DNA of 64,000 bases, taken from positions 1,792,001-1,856,000 of the forward strand of contig OZ242318.1 in NCBI GenBank assembly GCA_965208105.1. Reading direction: 5' to 3'. Positions 41,508 through 50,734 of this stretch are shown piece after piece. Below the pieces are notes generated by a model. It did no database searches and was not told the origin of the DNA. It was given only the letters and a program-made list of their open reading frames with translations. The DNA comes from Candidatus Latescibacterota bacterium (GTDB lineage Bacteria > Latescibacterota > UBA2968 > UBA8231). Each line of letters begins with the position of its first letter. Positions within the stretch are counted from its first letter, which is position 1. The translations under genes and the position numbers were made by a program.

Positions 41508-41728
41508 TGCTTTGCCTCCCCGTCGGAGTCCAGATGGCCGGGCCAGGCACAGGTGACCAGCAGCACCATCAGCAGGGCGGCCACCAGGCAGAAGCCGATG
41601 TGATAGAGCAGGCCGATGGGCAATCCCAGAACGAATCGAGAATCGTGCCAGAACCACAAGTCGTTGTGCAGGAAATAAAGGACGACTAGGGATAGATAAA
41701 GTAGTTTGCGGATAGATGAATTCTTCAA
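41504..41728 (-). CDS. DUF3311-like small 2-TM partner of SSS transporter
   Basis: 'LH.D.W.W......LGLP..L.YH', located directly upstream of the SSS gene. Confidence 0.75.
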   Translation of the reverse strand: MKNSSIRKLLYLSLVVLYFLHNDLWFWHDSRFVLGLPIGLLYHIGFCLVAALLMVLLVTCAWPGHLDSDGEAKQ

Positions 41729-41750
41729 TGCAACTCCTTCCAGTGCCCCT

Positions 41751-42986
41751 TCAAAGGCCCAGCTCCCGACTTGCAGGCAGCCGGCACATCTGTGCCATCG
41801 GAGCGAATATGGAGTTCACGTCATCCTTGAAGATATCGCCGCTGAGGATGTCGATGACCCCCTGCTTGCACTGCGGATACTGTCTCAAGAACCCGGCGAA
41901 GCTGAACTTCCTGGTGTAGAATGCGTAGACCAGCTTGCGCACGGCCTCCATCCCCGCTGCGAACTCGGGGCCGAAGCCGCCCAATTGGGCTGGGCCGAAA
42001 TCCCCCTTTTCAAAGGCGCCGAGAATGGCGTCCGCCGCCCATTCCCCCGACTTGAGGGCCAGGAGAACACCAGAGGAATAAATGGGATCCAGGAATCCGA
42101 AGGCGTCGCCGACAAGGACCCAGCCATGGCCGGCGATGCGGTCGGCTCGATAGGAGAAGTCCCGGGTCACCTTGACCGGAAATACCTGCCGGGCACCGGC
42201 CAGGCGCCGCTTCAGAGCGGGACACCTTTCGACCTCCCGGTCGAAAATTTGCTGTGGTTCCTCCCGGCGGCCCTGCAGCAGATAGTGCAGCGACCCGACC
42301 ACCCCCACGCTCACCCGGTCGTCCGGAAGGGGTATGTACCAGAACCACGAATCCTCGTTCCTGGTGTGGAGGACGAGGGTGGCGCCGGCGTCCATGCCGG
42401 GGTCGCGCAGGCCCCCTTCGAAGTGGGTGTAGATCGACGCCTTCTTCAGCTCGGGCTCCGTGGTCTTGATCTTCAGCTTGCGCGCAATCAAGGCGCTCTG
42501 GCCCGTCGCGTCGACCACCACCTTCGCCCCGAACTCCTCCGAACGGCCCCCTGCGCCCCGGGCTAGCACCCCAACCGCCCGGTCCCCTTCGAATCGCACC
42601 TCCCGGACGTTGACCCCGCGCCGCACCTCCGCGCCCTTCCCGGCGGCGTTGTCGAGCAGAATCTGGTCGAACTCGCTGCGCAGGACCTGCCAGGTCATCG
42701 AGCTTTCGTGGGGATTGGTCTCGAAGAAGTAGAAGGGCCTGGAGCCTCTGCCCGTCCGGGAGAAAAACTGGACGCTGTATTTCTCGGGGAAACGGCCGGC
42801 CTTCAACTTGTCCAGCACACCAAGCCTTTCCAGGGTCCAATACGTTCCCGGCATCAGGGACTCGCCGATCTTGAAACACGGTCCCGGCGCCCTCTCCAGC
42901 AGCATCACCCTGAGTCCCTGCTCGGCCGCGAGGGCCGCCACGGTGCTTCCCGCCGGCCCGCCCCCGACGACGACGACGTCATTCAA
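41751..42986 (-). CDS. FAD-dependent oxidoreductase, flavin-dependent halogenase-like
   Basis: 'GGGPAG', 'KIGESL', 'FPEKY' (halogenase Lys position), 'WFWYIP' (WxWxIP), 'GDAFGFLDPIYSSGV'. Confidence 0.8.
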   Translation of the reverse strand: MNDVVVVGGGPAGSTVAALAAEQGLRVMLLERAPGPCFKIGESLMPGTYWTLERLGVLDKLKAGRFPEKYSVQFFSRTGRGSRPFYFFETNPHESSMTWQVLRSEFDQILLDNAAGKGAEVRRGVNVREVRFEGDRAVGVLARGAGGRSEEFGAKVVVDATGQSALIARKLKIKTTEPELKKASIYTHFEGGLRDPGMDAGATLVLHTRNEDSWFWYIPLPDDRVSVGVVGSLHYLLQGRREEPQQIFDREVERCPALKRRLAGARQVFPVKVTRDFSYRADRIAGHGWVLVGDAFGFLDPIYSSGVLLALKSGEWAADAILGAFEKGDFGPAQLGGFGPEFAAGMEAVRKLVYAFYTRKFSFAGFLRQYPQCKQGVIDILSGDIFKDDVNSIFAPMAQMCRLPASRELGL

Positions 42987-44305
42987 CGACTGTTCCTCCT
43001 CATGGGTGCTCCATCCGGCTCGGCATTCCAGCGGCGGTCCACGACACGCCTGGCCTTGAATTCAAAGCGCGGCAACGACCCTCCTGGAACGATCTCGACC
43101 TCCACCCGCAACCCCAGGACACGGCGAAACTCCCTGGCGATGGCCGGTCCTGTCCCCTCCCCGTTGCCCCCGGCAACCTCCACCTGGATCCTGAGCTCGT
43201 CGAGCTCCCCGCGGCGGTAGGCCTCCACCGCGAACTCACCCACCACTGGAAAGCGCCGCACGATATTCTCGATGGCGCTGGGATAGACCACCGTGCCGCG
43301 GATGACGAGGGCGTCGTCCATGCGGCCGACCACTCCTCCCGCAAGGCGCTGCAACGAGCGGCCACAGGAACAGGGGTGGCTGTGCAGCCGCACCCTGTCA
43401 CCGGTGCGATAGCGAATGGCAGGCATGCCTGCGCGACCCAGGTTGGTGATCACCAGCTCGCCCTCGGCGGCCGCCTCTCCCGTACCGGGGTCCACCACCT
43501 CGAAGATGAACTCGTGCTCGTTGAGATGCATACCTTCTCTCGCCCCGCACTCGAACCCCCACGCCCCCACCTCGGTGGCACCGGCGTGGTCGAAGCACCG
43601 GGCGCCCCAGGCCTCCTCGATGCGCTTCCTCGTCGCCCCCATACCGGCTCCGGGCTCACCAGCGTGAATGGTAGTCCGCACCCTGGAGTCCGCGAGGCTG
43701 ATGCCCGCCCCGGCGGCGATCTCGGCCAGGTGCAGAGCATAGGTGGGGGTGCAGACCACCACCGTGGCTCCTTCCTCCACAATGGCCCTCACCCGCGACT
43801 CGGAGTCCATCCCCCCGCCCGGAATGGCAAGGGCCCCGACCAGCCGCGCGCCCTCATATCCGCTCCAGAAGCCGATGAAGGGGCCGAAGGAGAAGGCGAA
43901 GAAAATGCTGTCGCCCGCCCCCACTCCGGCGCCCGCGTAGACCGCCGCCCAGCAGCGCGCCCACCACCGCCAGCAGTCTTCCGTATCCAGCCAGCGCAGG
44001 GAGGACCCGGAGGTTCCCGATGTCCGGTGAATGCGGACGTAGCGCTGCAGGGAATAGGTGAGGTTGGAGCCGAACGGGGGATGGTCCAACTGGTCAGCAC
44101 TGAATTCATCCCTCGTGGTGAAGGGCAGAGAGCGGTAGGTTTCGAGGCTGTGCACATCTTGCGGTCTTTCGATTCCCGCCCCATTGAGCTTGCGGCGGTA
44201 GAAGGCATTGGTCTCCAGAATGGGGGCGAGCATTTCCTGCAGTCGGCGCAACTGCTCCCGCTCCAGGTGTTCGCGATGGGAAGGCACCACCATAGCGGCG
44301 CTCAT
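42983..44305 (-). CDS. Phenylacetate-CoA ligase (PaaK)-like adenylate-forming enzyme
   Basis: 'LPFT', 'TSGTSG', 'TPTYAL', 'AGEPG', 'HAGATE', 'RYRTGD', 'GR.DD...IRG..V.PS.IE'. Confidence 0.88.
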   Translation of the reverse strand: MSAAMVVPSHREHLEREQLRRLQEMLAPILETNAFYRRKLNGAGIERPQDVHSLETYRSLPFTTRDEFSADQLDHPPFGSNLTYSLQRYVRIHRTSGTSGSSLRWLDTEDCWRWWARCWAAVYAGAGVGAGDSIFFAFSFGPFIGFWSGYEGARLVGALAIPGGGMDSESRVRAIVEEGATVVVCTPTYALHLAEIAAGAGISLADSRVRTTIHAGEPGAGMGATRKRIEEAWGARCFDHAGATEVGAWGFECGAREGMHLNEHEFIFEVVDPGTGEAAAEGELVITNLGRAGMPAIRYRTGDRVRLHSHPCSCGRSLQRLAGGVVGRMDDALVIRGTVVYPSAIENIVRRFPVVGEFAVEAYRRGELDELRIQVEVAGGNGEGTGPAIAREFRRVLGLRVEVEIVPGGSLPRFEFKARRVVDRRWNAEPDGAPMRRNSR

Positions 44306-44363
44306 TCGACCCACATGGCCCTGCCGGATCCATGGGCATCCACCACGCCGGGCGAGGGAACCA

Positions 44364-45638
44364 TCAGCCCGATCCCTTCAAATCCAGGCAGATGATCTGC
44401 TCCTCGTTGCGCAGGTAGAGCCTGCCCCTGGCCAGGGCCGGCATGGTCCAGCATTTTCCGCTCAGCACCTGGGCACTGGCTTTCTCTACAAATCCCTCCG
44501 GGGTCGCCCGGGCGAGGGCCAACCTGCCACTTTCCCCGAGGATAATCAGATGTCCGTCGGCGACTATCAAGGTGCCCTTGCCAAAGCCGCGGTGCCTCCA
44601 CCGCTGGGCGCCGCTGGCGGCATCGATGCACTTCAGAATCGCGTTGTCGAAACCGTACAGGTGATCCTCGTGCAGCACCGAAGAGGAAAACTGGTTCTTC
44701 ATCACCCGGCCGCTCCAGACTTCCTGGACTTCAAGGCCGCCTTCAACCACGTCGACCTTCACCATGGCAGCCCCCTTGTCGTATCCGGAGGAAATGAAGA
44801 TTCTGTCGGGGGGGACGAAAATCGGAGTGGCGGCATTGACATCGTAGCTCGTGTCCCAGGGATAGGTCCAGTAGACGCGGCCTTCCGCCGGCGAGACCGA
44901 AGCCAGTCCCATGGCGGTGAAAAAAACGATCTGGCGAACTCCGCCCGCGCTGACCGAAATCGGCGACGAGTAGGCTGATTTGCCCGCCGCCGCAGTCCAG
45001 ACCAGGTCGCCGGTTTCCTTGTCGAAGGCGGCGATGGTCTGCCCCGCGTCCGACCTGGCCAGAGGGTTCGCCCAGGACCTTCCCTCCGGTCCACCTGTCT
45101 CGACCAGGAGGAGTTCTCCTTCGACCAGTGGAGAGGCGCAATATCCCCACCTGGGAGTTTTGCCGCCGAACCTCTCTTTCAGATCGCACTCCCACAGCAA
45201 CTGGCCGCTTTCGGCGTTCAAGGCGGTGAGCCTGCCGCGGGCGCTGACAGCGAAGACCCGGCCGCCGTCGACGGCCGGGGTGGAACGCGGGCCATGGCCT
45301 CCCTGGTGGTCCTCGAAGATTTCGTCCGACTCGAACTTCCAGATCTCCTTGCCCGTCTCCGCGTCCAGGCCGATGACGTATTCGGCGCCATCCCGGGCGA
45401 ACATGGTAAAAGCGCGTCCCCCGTCAACCGCAATGGCGGAGAAGCCTTCTCCCGCCTGAAACCGCCACAAAGTCTGCGGTCCCCCAGGGGGCCACGTCTT
45501 GAGCAATCCGGTCTCGGGAGATACTCCGTCCCGTTGGGCGCCGCGCCACTGCGGCCATTCATCTCCGGCCTCGGAACGGGACTCGGCCACGGACAAAAGG
45601 ACACCTGTCAATCCAATCAATAAGATCCTTCGCTGCAT
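44364..45638 (-). CDS. Secreted PQQ-binding-like beta-propeller protein (copy 4)
   Basis: Signal peptide, 'WPQWRG..RDG.S', blades 'LDAETGK.IW', 'GPRSTP', 'YSSP', 'P.LA.GRLYLR'. Confidence 0.85.
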   Translation of the reverse strand: MQRRILLIGLTGVLLSVAESRSEAGDEWPQWRGAQRDGVSPETGLLKTWPPGGPQTLWRFQAGEGFSAIAVDGGRAFTMFARDGAEYVIGLDAETGKEIWKFESDEIFEDHQGGHGPRSTPAVDGGRVFAVSARGRLTALNAESGQLLWECDLKERFGGKTPRWGYCASPLVEGELLLVETGGPEGRSWANPLARSDAGQTIAAFDKETGDLVWTAAAGKSAYSSPISVSAGGVRQIVFFTAMGLASVSPAEGRVYWTYPWDTSYDVNAATPIFVPPDRIFISSGYDKGAAMVKVDVVEGGLEVQEVWSGRVMKNQFSSSVLHEDHLYGFDNAILKCIDAASGAQRWRHRGFGKGTLIVADGHLIILGESGRLALARATPEGFVEKASAQVLSGKCWTMPALARGRLYLRNEEQIICLDLKGSG

Positions 45639-45669
45639 TGCGACCTCCCGGATTCTCCTGCACCGCATT

Positions 45670-47019
45670 TCAGGTATAGCGGGCGTTGCGGTAGCGTGGA
45701 TGATAGAACTCAGGCAACAGCTGATCCACCCGGAGCAGCCCCTCGCGCGTCAGCTCGACTTCTTCCGCATCCCAGGCCAGCATCCCTTCGTCATGCAACT
45801 TTGCGAATGCCCTCCGGTAAGCTTCGAGGACATCCACGCCGAACTTATCCCGGAAATAGCTTCTCGCCAGCTTCCCGAGCTTCAACTGCAGGATCATTTC
45901 CCGGGTAAGGCGCTCCTCGGCGCTGGTGGCAAAGGCGCGGTCGAGGGGCAACCGACCTTCCGCCAGGGCGGCGATATAGCCGTCCCAGTCGGCGGCATTC
46001 TGATAGTGCAGCCCTCCAAGGTGAGAGAAGGAAGCCACTCCGGCCCCGATCATGTCGCTGCTCCGCCACAGCGCATCCCGGTATACGAAGGAGCATTTCC
46101 GGCCTTTTTTCACCATGGTATAGGCGCTGGAAACCTCGTATCCGGCCGCCTCGAGACGCTCGAAGGCATGGTCGTGCCACGACCGCTTGGTTTCCCAGTC
46201 AGCAAACCGGCTCTCCTGCCCTCCCCCCGCCAGCGCCGCCCTGGAATAGATCGTGTTGAAGGGCAATTCCATCTGATACACGGTCACGCTGTCCGCATCC
46301 ATCTCGATGGTCTTCTCCACCGTGTCCTTCCAGGTCTCCCAGGTCTCTCCCACCATCCCCGCAATCAGGTCGACGTTCACCTGATCGAATTCGAGGGCCT
46401 TGATCCACGGAGCCACGGCAAAGACTTCGCCGGAGAGATGGGCCCTGCCGTTTTCCCGCAAAATGTCGTCGTTGAAATTCTCCACTCCCAGGCTCAGCCT
46501 GGTGACGCCGATGTCCTTTATGGCTTCCAGCTTTGCCCGGGTCAGGGTCCCGGGCTCGCATTCGAAGGCCACTTCCTCCGCCCCGTCCCAGGGCCGGGCC
46601 GCTTTGATCCGCCGAACGAGGCCCCGCAAATCTCTGCTGCCGATGAAGGAAGGGGTTCCTCCCCCGAAGTAGACGAAGCGCAAGGTCCTCCCCGCAGTCC
46701 GCGGCATGGCTGCGTAGATCTCCACCTCCCTGGCCAGGGCATCGAGGTAGCTGCGGATCTCGGCGCCGGTCTTGTCGACGTAGACGCGGAAATAGCAGAA
46801 CTTGCAGCGCCTGCGGCAAAACGGAATGTGCAGATACAGTCCCAGGTCCGGCGGGGACGGACCGGGAGGAGATCCGAGGACCTCCTTCACACGGGGAAGG
46901 CTTTCCCTGCTCCAGAATGAATAAGGCGGATAGTTGGAGACGAAGACGCTGCCGACATCCGTCTCCACCGCCGCAGTCGGCGTGGTAGCCGGATCCGATT
47001 GCACCTGGGGGTTACTCAT
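45670..47019 (-). CDS. HemN-like radical SAM protein
   Basis: 'LYLHIPFCRRRCKFCYF' (CxxxCxxC), 'YFGGGTPS', 'RLSLGV', 'NVDLI.G', 'G.GV.SF', HemN_C-like C-terminus. Confidence 0.9.
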   Translation of the reverse strand: MSNPQVQSDPATTPTAAVETDVGSVFVSNYPPYSFWSRESLPRVKEVLGSPPGPSPPDLGLYLHIPFCRRRCKFCYFRVYVDKTGAEIRSYLDALAREVEIYAAMPRTAGRTLRFVYFGGGTPSFIGSRDLRGLVRRIKAARPWDGAEEVAFECEPGTLTRAKLEAIKDIGVTRLSLGVENFNDDILRENGRAHLSGEVFAVAPWIKALEFDQVNVDLIAGMVGETWETWKDTVEKTIEMDADSVTVYQMELPFNTIYSRAALAGGGQESRFADWETKRSWHDHAFERLEAAGYEVSSAYTMVKKGRKCSFVYRDALWRSSDMIGAGVASFSHLGGLHYQNAADWDGYIAALAEGRLPLDRAFATSAEERLTREMILQLKLGKLARSYFRDKFGVDVLEAYRRAFAKLHDEGMLAWDAEEVELTREGLLRVDQLLPEFYHPRYRNARYT

Positions 47020-48127
47020 TCTCTGGCTCCAGCTCGCCGAAACAGAAGAGGATTCCCTCCTCCGAGCCCACGACCAGCCTGCCTCCCGCGATACTGGGCG
47101 AGGCGGTTATGGACGATCCCGTCACGAATTCCCATACCTGCTCTCCAGACTCCATGTCGAGGGCGCCGAGCACCCCTCCCGTGGTCGCGAAAAAGACCCG
47201 CTCGCCGGCGATGACAGGAGAGGAATCCAGCCTCGTCTTCGCCGCAAAGGACCACAGAAGCTCACCGCCGGGGGCATTGAAGGCGCGCACCATCCTGTCC
47301 CTGCCCGCGACGACGATTCTCTCCCCGGTTACCGCGGCCGACGCGTAGAAGGGAAAGGACCGCAGGGGATCCTTGAAACGCCAGAATATCCTGCCGCCGG
47401 TCAAGTCGATGCCCAGCACCTCGTCGGAGAAGGTTCCCACGTAGACGCGGCCGCCGGCCACCGCCGGAGAAGCGCCGACGTAAGCTCCCAGGTCGATCCT
47501 CTTCTCCTCGGTGCCGTCTTGCAGGTCGACGAGGTGCAGAAAACCGTCGCAGCCTCCGACGACGACCGTGTTTCCGGACAGCGCCGGCGTTCCATGAATA
47601 TATCCATCCGTCTCCAATTTCCAAATCAGGGTTCCGGCCCCGGCGGACAGACAGTACAGATGGTGGTCATAGGATCCGAATATAATCCGGCCGGCCGAAA
47701 AATTCGCCGAAGAAATTATGCCTGCATCGGTGTGGAAGCTCCACCTGGGCTCGCCGGACCCGGCATCCACCGCGTGGAAGAGCCCGGACTCGTCTCCAAA
47801 GTAGACCGCGCCGGAGTGCACGGCCGGTGAGGACTTTATCTGGTCCGATGCCCGGTATCTCCATTTCAGCTCCCCGCTTTCGAGATCAATGGCATATAGA
47901 TAGCCATCCAGGGAGCCGACGTAGGCCGTCCCTTCCCATAGCGCGGCGGTCGACTCGATGCCCTCTCCCGCCGCGAAGGTCCACAACAGCCCGGGACGGG
48001 AGGTCACGCCTCCTTCCGCCACCCCCGTCAGCTGGGGATTGCCGCGAAAACTGTTCCAGCGGTCCTGGGCGAGGACGATTTGCCCCGGAATGGCGAGAAC
48101 GGCGATCCAGAGGAATTTCCCGACCAT
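47012..48127 (-). CDS. Secreted PQQ-binding-like beta-propeller protein (copy 3, regular 8-bladed BamB-like)
   Basis: Signal peptide from the ATG at 48127, eight regular 'SSP.V..G.VY.GS.DG.LYA.D..SG...W.F' repeats. Confidence 0.88.
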   Translation of the reverse strand: MVGKFLWIAVLAIPGQIVLAQDRWNSFRGNPQLTGVAEGGVTSRPGLLWTFAAGEGIESTAALWEGTAYVGSLDGYLYAIDLESGELKWRYRASDQIKSSPAVHSGAVYFGDESGLFHAVDAGSGEPRWSFHTDAGIISSANFSAGRIIFGSYDHHLYCLSAGAGTLIWKLETDGYIHGTPALSGNTVVVGGCDGFLHLVDLQDGTEEKRIDLGAYVGASPAVAGGRVYVGTFSDEVLGIDLTGGRIFWRFKDPLRSFPFYASAAVTGERIVVAGRDRMVRAFNAPGGELLWSFAAKTRLDSSPVIAGERVFFATTGGVLGALDMESGEQVWEFVTGSSITASPSIAGGRLVVGSEEGILFCFGELEPENE

Positions 48128-48185
48128 ATCGCTCCCTTCCGCCTTTCCCTGAAATGAGGTTCCGGAAGCGGTTTCGACGCGGCCT

Positions 48186-49301
48186 TCAGAACGACGATTC
48201 GAAGAGTTGCAGCCAATCTTCCTCATCCAACGGACGCGGATTGAACTTCCCGGTCCACTGAGAGGCGGCCTCACCGGCCAGGCCCGGCAGGTCGGAGCTG
48301 CCGACCCCGCAATCCCCAAGGCGCCGAGGCAGCGCAGCCGCAAGCTGCAATTCAACGATGCGCTCGACCAATTTCTCCGCGCTGCCTTGCAGGTCCCGGT
48401 ACAATTCCTCCACAACGGCGCTGTTGAAGCGGACCACGGCAGGAAGCATGATCCCGACGGCTTCCCCGTGGGGGATTCCGTACGCGGCCGTCAACGGATT
48501 GGCGCAGGCGTGGGCCGCGCCCAGCATGGAGCTCTCGATGGCGGCGCCGGCCAAGTGCGCCCCCAGCAACATCCGGCCCCATGGCTCCACCTCCCCAGAT
48601 GGGTCCAGGACCGACTCGAAACTTGGTTCCAGCAGGCGCCAGGCCTCCCTGGAGAACATGGCGGAGACCGGGTTCCTCCGGGTGGTCACGAAGCTCTCCA
48701 GGGCGTGAGCGATGGCGTCGATCCCGGCGGCCGCGACCACCCGCGGCGGCGCGCTTTGGACCAGCAGAGGATCGAGAATGACGGCGCCGAACCGCGCCTT
48801 CTCGTCGCCGCAGGCCATTTTCCGATGGGTATCCGCCTGGGCGATCAGCGCGAAGGACTGAGCCTCGCTGCCGCTGCCCGCGGTAGTCGGGATCCCCATG
48901 GACGGCAGCATGGGAAGGTCCGCCCTGCCCGCGCCCCAGTAGTCCTCCATGCGGCCGCCCTGGGTGAGGAGGAAGTTTATTCCCTTGGCGCAGTCCATGG
49001 CACTGCCTCCGCCGAGACCTGCAATGAAGTCGATGCCATCCTGCTGCCTTGCAAAATGGACGCCCGCTTCCACCTCGCGCGTCGTCGGGTTTTCCACCAC
49101 CCCGTCGAACACGAAGTGCTCGATGGATTCGCGCTGCATGGACCGGATGGCCCTGAGGGCAATGCCAGCCCGGGCGACGCCGGGGTCGGTGACGAGCATG
49201 ACCCGGCGCCCCCCCAGCTTCCTGATCAGGCTCCCCAACCCATCCAGGGTATTCGCACCGAAAACCAGGTGCGCGCCAGGATGAAGGACAAATGGACCCA
49301 A
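48186..49301 (-). CDS. Iron-containing alcohol dehydrogenase
   Basis: 'GGGSAMD.AK', 'PTTAGSGSE', metal ligands 'DA..HA.E', 'H..A', 'HG'. Confidence 0.93.
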   Translation of the reverse strand: MGPFVLHPGAHLVFGANTLDGLGSLIRKLGGRRVMLVTDPGVARAGIALRAIRSMQRESIEHFVFDGVVENPTTREVEAGVHFARQQDGIDFIAGLGGGSAMDCAKGINFLLTQGGRMEDYWGAGRADLPMLPSMGIPTTAGSGSEAQSFALIAQADTHRKMACGDEKARFGAVILDPLLVQSAPPRVVAAAGIDAIAHALESFVTTRRNPVSAMFSREAWRLLEPSFESVLDPSGEVEPWGRMLLGAHLAGAAIESSMLGAAHACANPLTAAYGIPHGEAVGIMLPAVVRFNSAVVEELYRDLQGSAEKLVERIVELQLAAALPRRLGDCGVGSSDLPGLAGEAASQWTGKFNPRPLDEEDWLQLFESSF

Positions 49302-49308
49302 GGGGGAA

Positions 49309-50733
49309 TCAGCTCCCTAGAGCCTGGAGAGCTCTCTGGCGGTAGAGAAATTCGAAGAGGTTGCCCTCGTGGGGCTGGTCCCATGAAACCCGGTTGGTGC
49401 CGATGGGACCCAGGTTCAGGCGCTCGATCTGGGCGCAACTCAGCAGCTCCACGATCAACTCCCGGTTCCCGGTGATCGCCGTGGCGACCAGGGTCGGACC
49501 GATGCGCTTGAGGATCTGCTCCTGGGGGACCTGTACCACGCTGACGAAGGGGAAGAGAAATTCCGCGTTGGCCAGCGGGTGCTCGCCATCCTCGCACCAG
49601 AGGACGGTGGGCAGCAGAAAGGTGCAGCCCTCCCTTTCGACTATCCGGTCCCCACTCCTGAACCGGGCGGTAAGGTCCTCCGCGCCCCCCATCTCGAGCC
49701 GGGCGTCGATCAGCTCCGTCAGTCTCTGCGCCACCTCCGGCCGAGCGAAGGCCGCGACCCGCGCCTGCGGATGGTCCAAAGGCAGAGCTTCAATCCGCGC
49801 CAGGCGCTGCGCCAGGGCGGTGGCGATCTCCAGCCCGTGGCGCGGCACCCAGATGCCGGAAGCGTTGATGCACGACCTGCCCCCGTTCTCGGCCACCGAG
49901 GCCACCATGAGATCCAGATGGTCTTCCCAGCTCTCGGCCTCGTCCGTACCGAAAATGATCTTGCTGCGCCCCGGCCCATGGATCTGCACCCGGGGATCCC
50001 CGGCCCAGGACTCCACCGTGGCGTCGCCTCCGAACAGCATGGAACGGCCGCAGCGCAGGAGAATTTCCGAGGCTCCGGCATAATCGGTGGGGTAGTATCC
50101 GAATGCCTCGGGAGGACAGCCCGCGGCCATGAAAGCCCGGGCAAGACGCAACGGCGTCCAGGGTTCCTCCCTGCCGGGTTTGAGCATCACCGGGACCTTC
50201 AGCGCTAACGAGGGGGCCCAGAGAGAGTGCACCCCGGGAGAATTGCTGGGGAGCACCACCCCCAGGGCGCGGGTCTGGCAGATGTAGCTCAGGGGGCGCC
50301 CGTGATCGAGGTCCCATCCTCCGTCGAGGACCCCGAGGTGGAGCCCGCGCGTCAGACCGTCCAGCACCGCATCCATCTGCGAGAGAACCTGGTGAATCTT
50401 CTCCATGTTGCCGCGGCAGAGGGTCTCGGGGAGACCCGTGGTGGCCGAGGTCTGGCGCACGTAATCCTCCGGCCCCTGGGCATCCTCGTCCACGGGAAGG
50501 TCCGCCTCCATGAACAGGCGGGCGGCTTCCCCGCAGATTCCCAGCAGCTGCGCCGCCGAGAGGTCGGCGAGGGCGCGCTGGTTCTCCGCCGCGGAGGCCA
50601 GGTCCCTCGCCACCAGTCCCCTGTTGGCCTGGCTGACCAGGGCGACGGGCTCACCCGAGCCCAGGTGGCACAACCTGGCCGTATCCAGGCTCCTGTAGGG
50701 GGTCCCCGCGCGCAGTATGGGGATGTGCAACAT
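49309..50733 (-). CDS. Aldehyde dehydrogenase-fold protein, GriD/EhpG-like reductase subunit
   Basis: 'VLPSNSP', 'KP...EP.T', catalytic 'NGGRSC.NAS', 'E.LFPF'. 'HGPGRSK' replaces the usual 'ELGGK'. Confidence 0.82.
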   Translation of the reverse strand: MLHIPILRAGTPYRSLDTARLCHLGSGEPVALVSQANRGLVARDLASAAENQRALADLSAAQLLGICGEAARLFMEADLPVDEDAQGPEDYVRQTSATTGLPETLCRGNMEKIHQVLSQMDAVLDGLTRGLHLGVLDGGWDLDHGRPLSYICQTRALGVVLPSNSPGVHSLWAPSLALKVPVMLKPGREEPWTPLRLARAFMAAGCPPEAFGYYPTDYAGASEILLRCGRSMLFGGDATVESWAGDPRVQIHGPGRSKIIFGTDEAESWEDHLDLMVASVAENGGRSCINASGIWVPRHGLEIATALAQRLARIEALPLDHPQARVAAFARPEVAQRLTELIDARLEMGGAEDLTARFRSGDRIVEREGCTFLLPTVLWCEDGEHPLANAEFLFPFVSVVQVPQEQILKRIGPTLVATAITGNRELIVELLSCAQIERLNLGPIGTNRVSWDQPHEGNLFEFLYRQRALQALGS

Positions 50734-50734
50734 T

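Noticed and set aside
42983-44305. Phenylacetate catabolic (paa) operon
   Set aside because: No paaABCDE epoxidase, paaZ or paaG nearby, so only the ligase family is supported.
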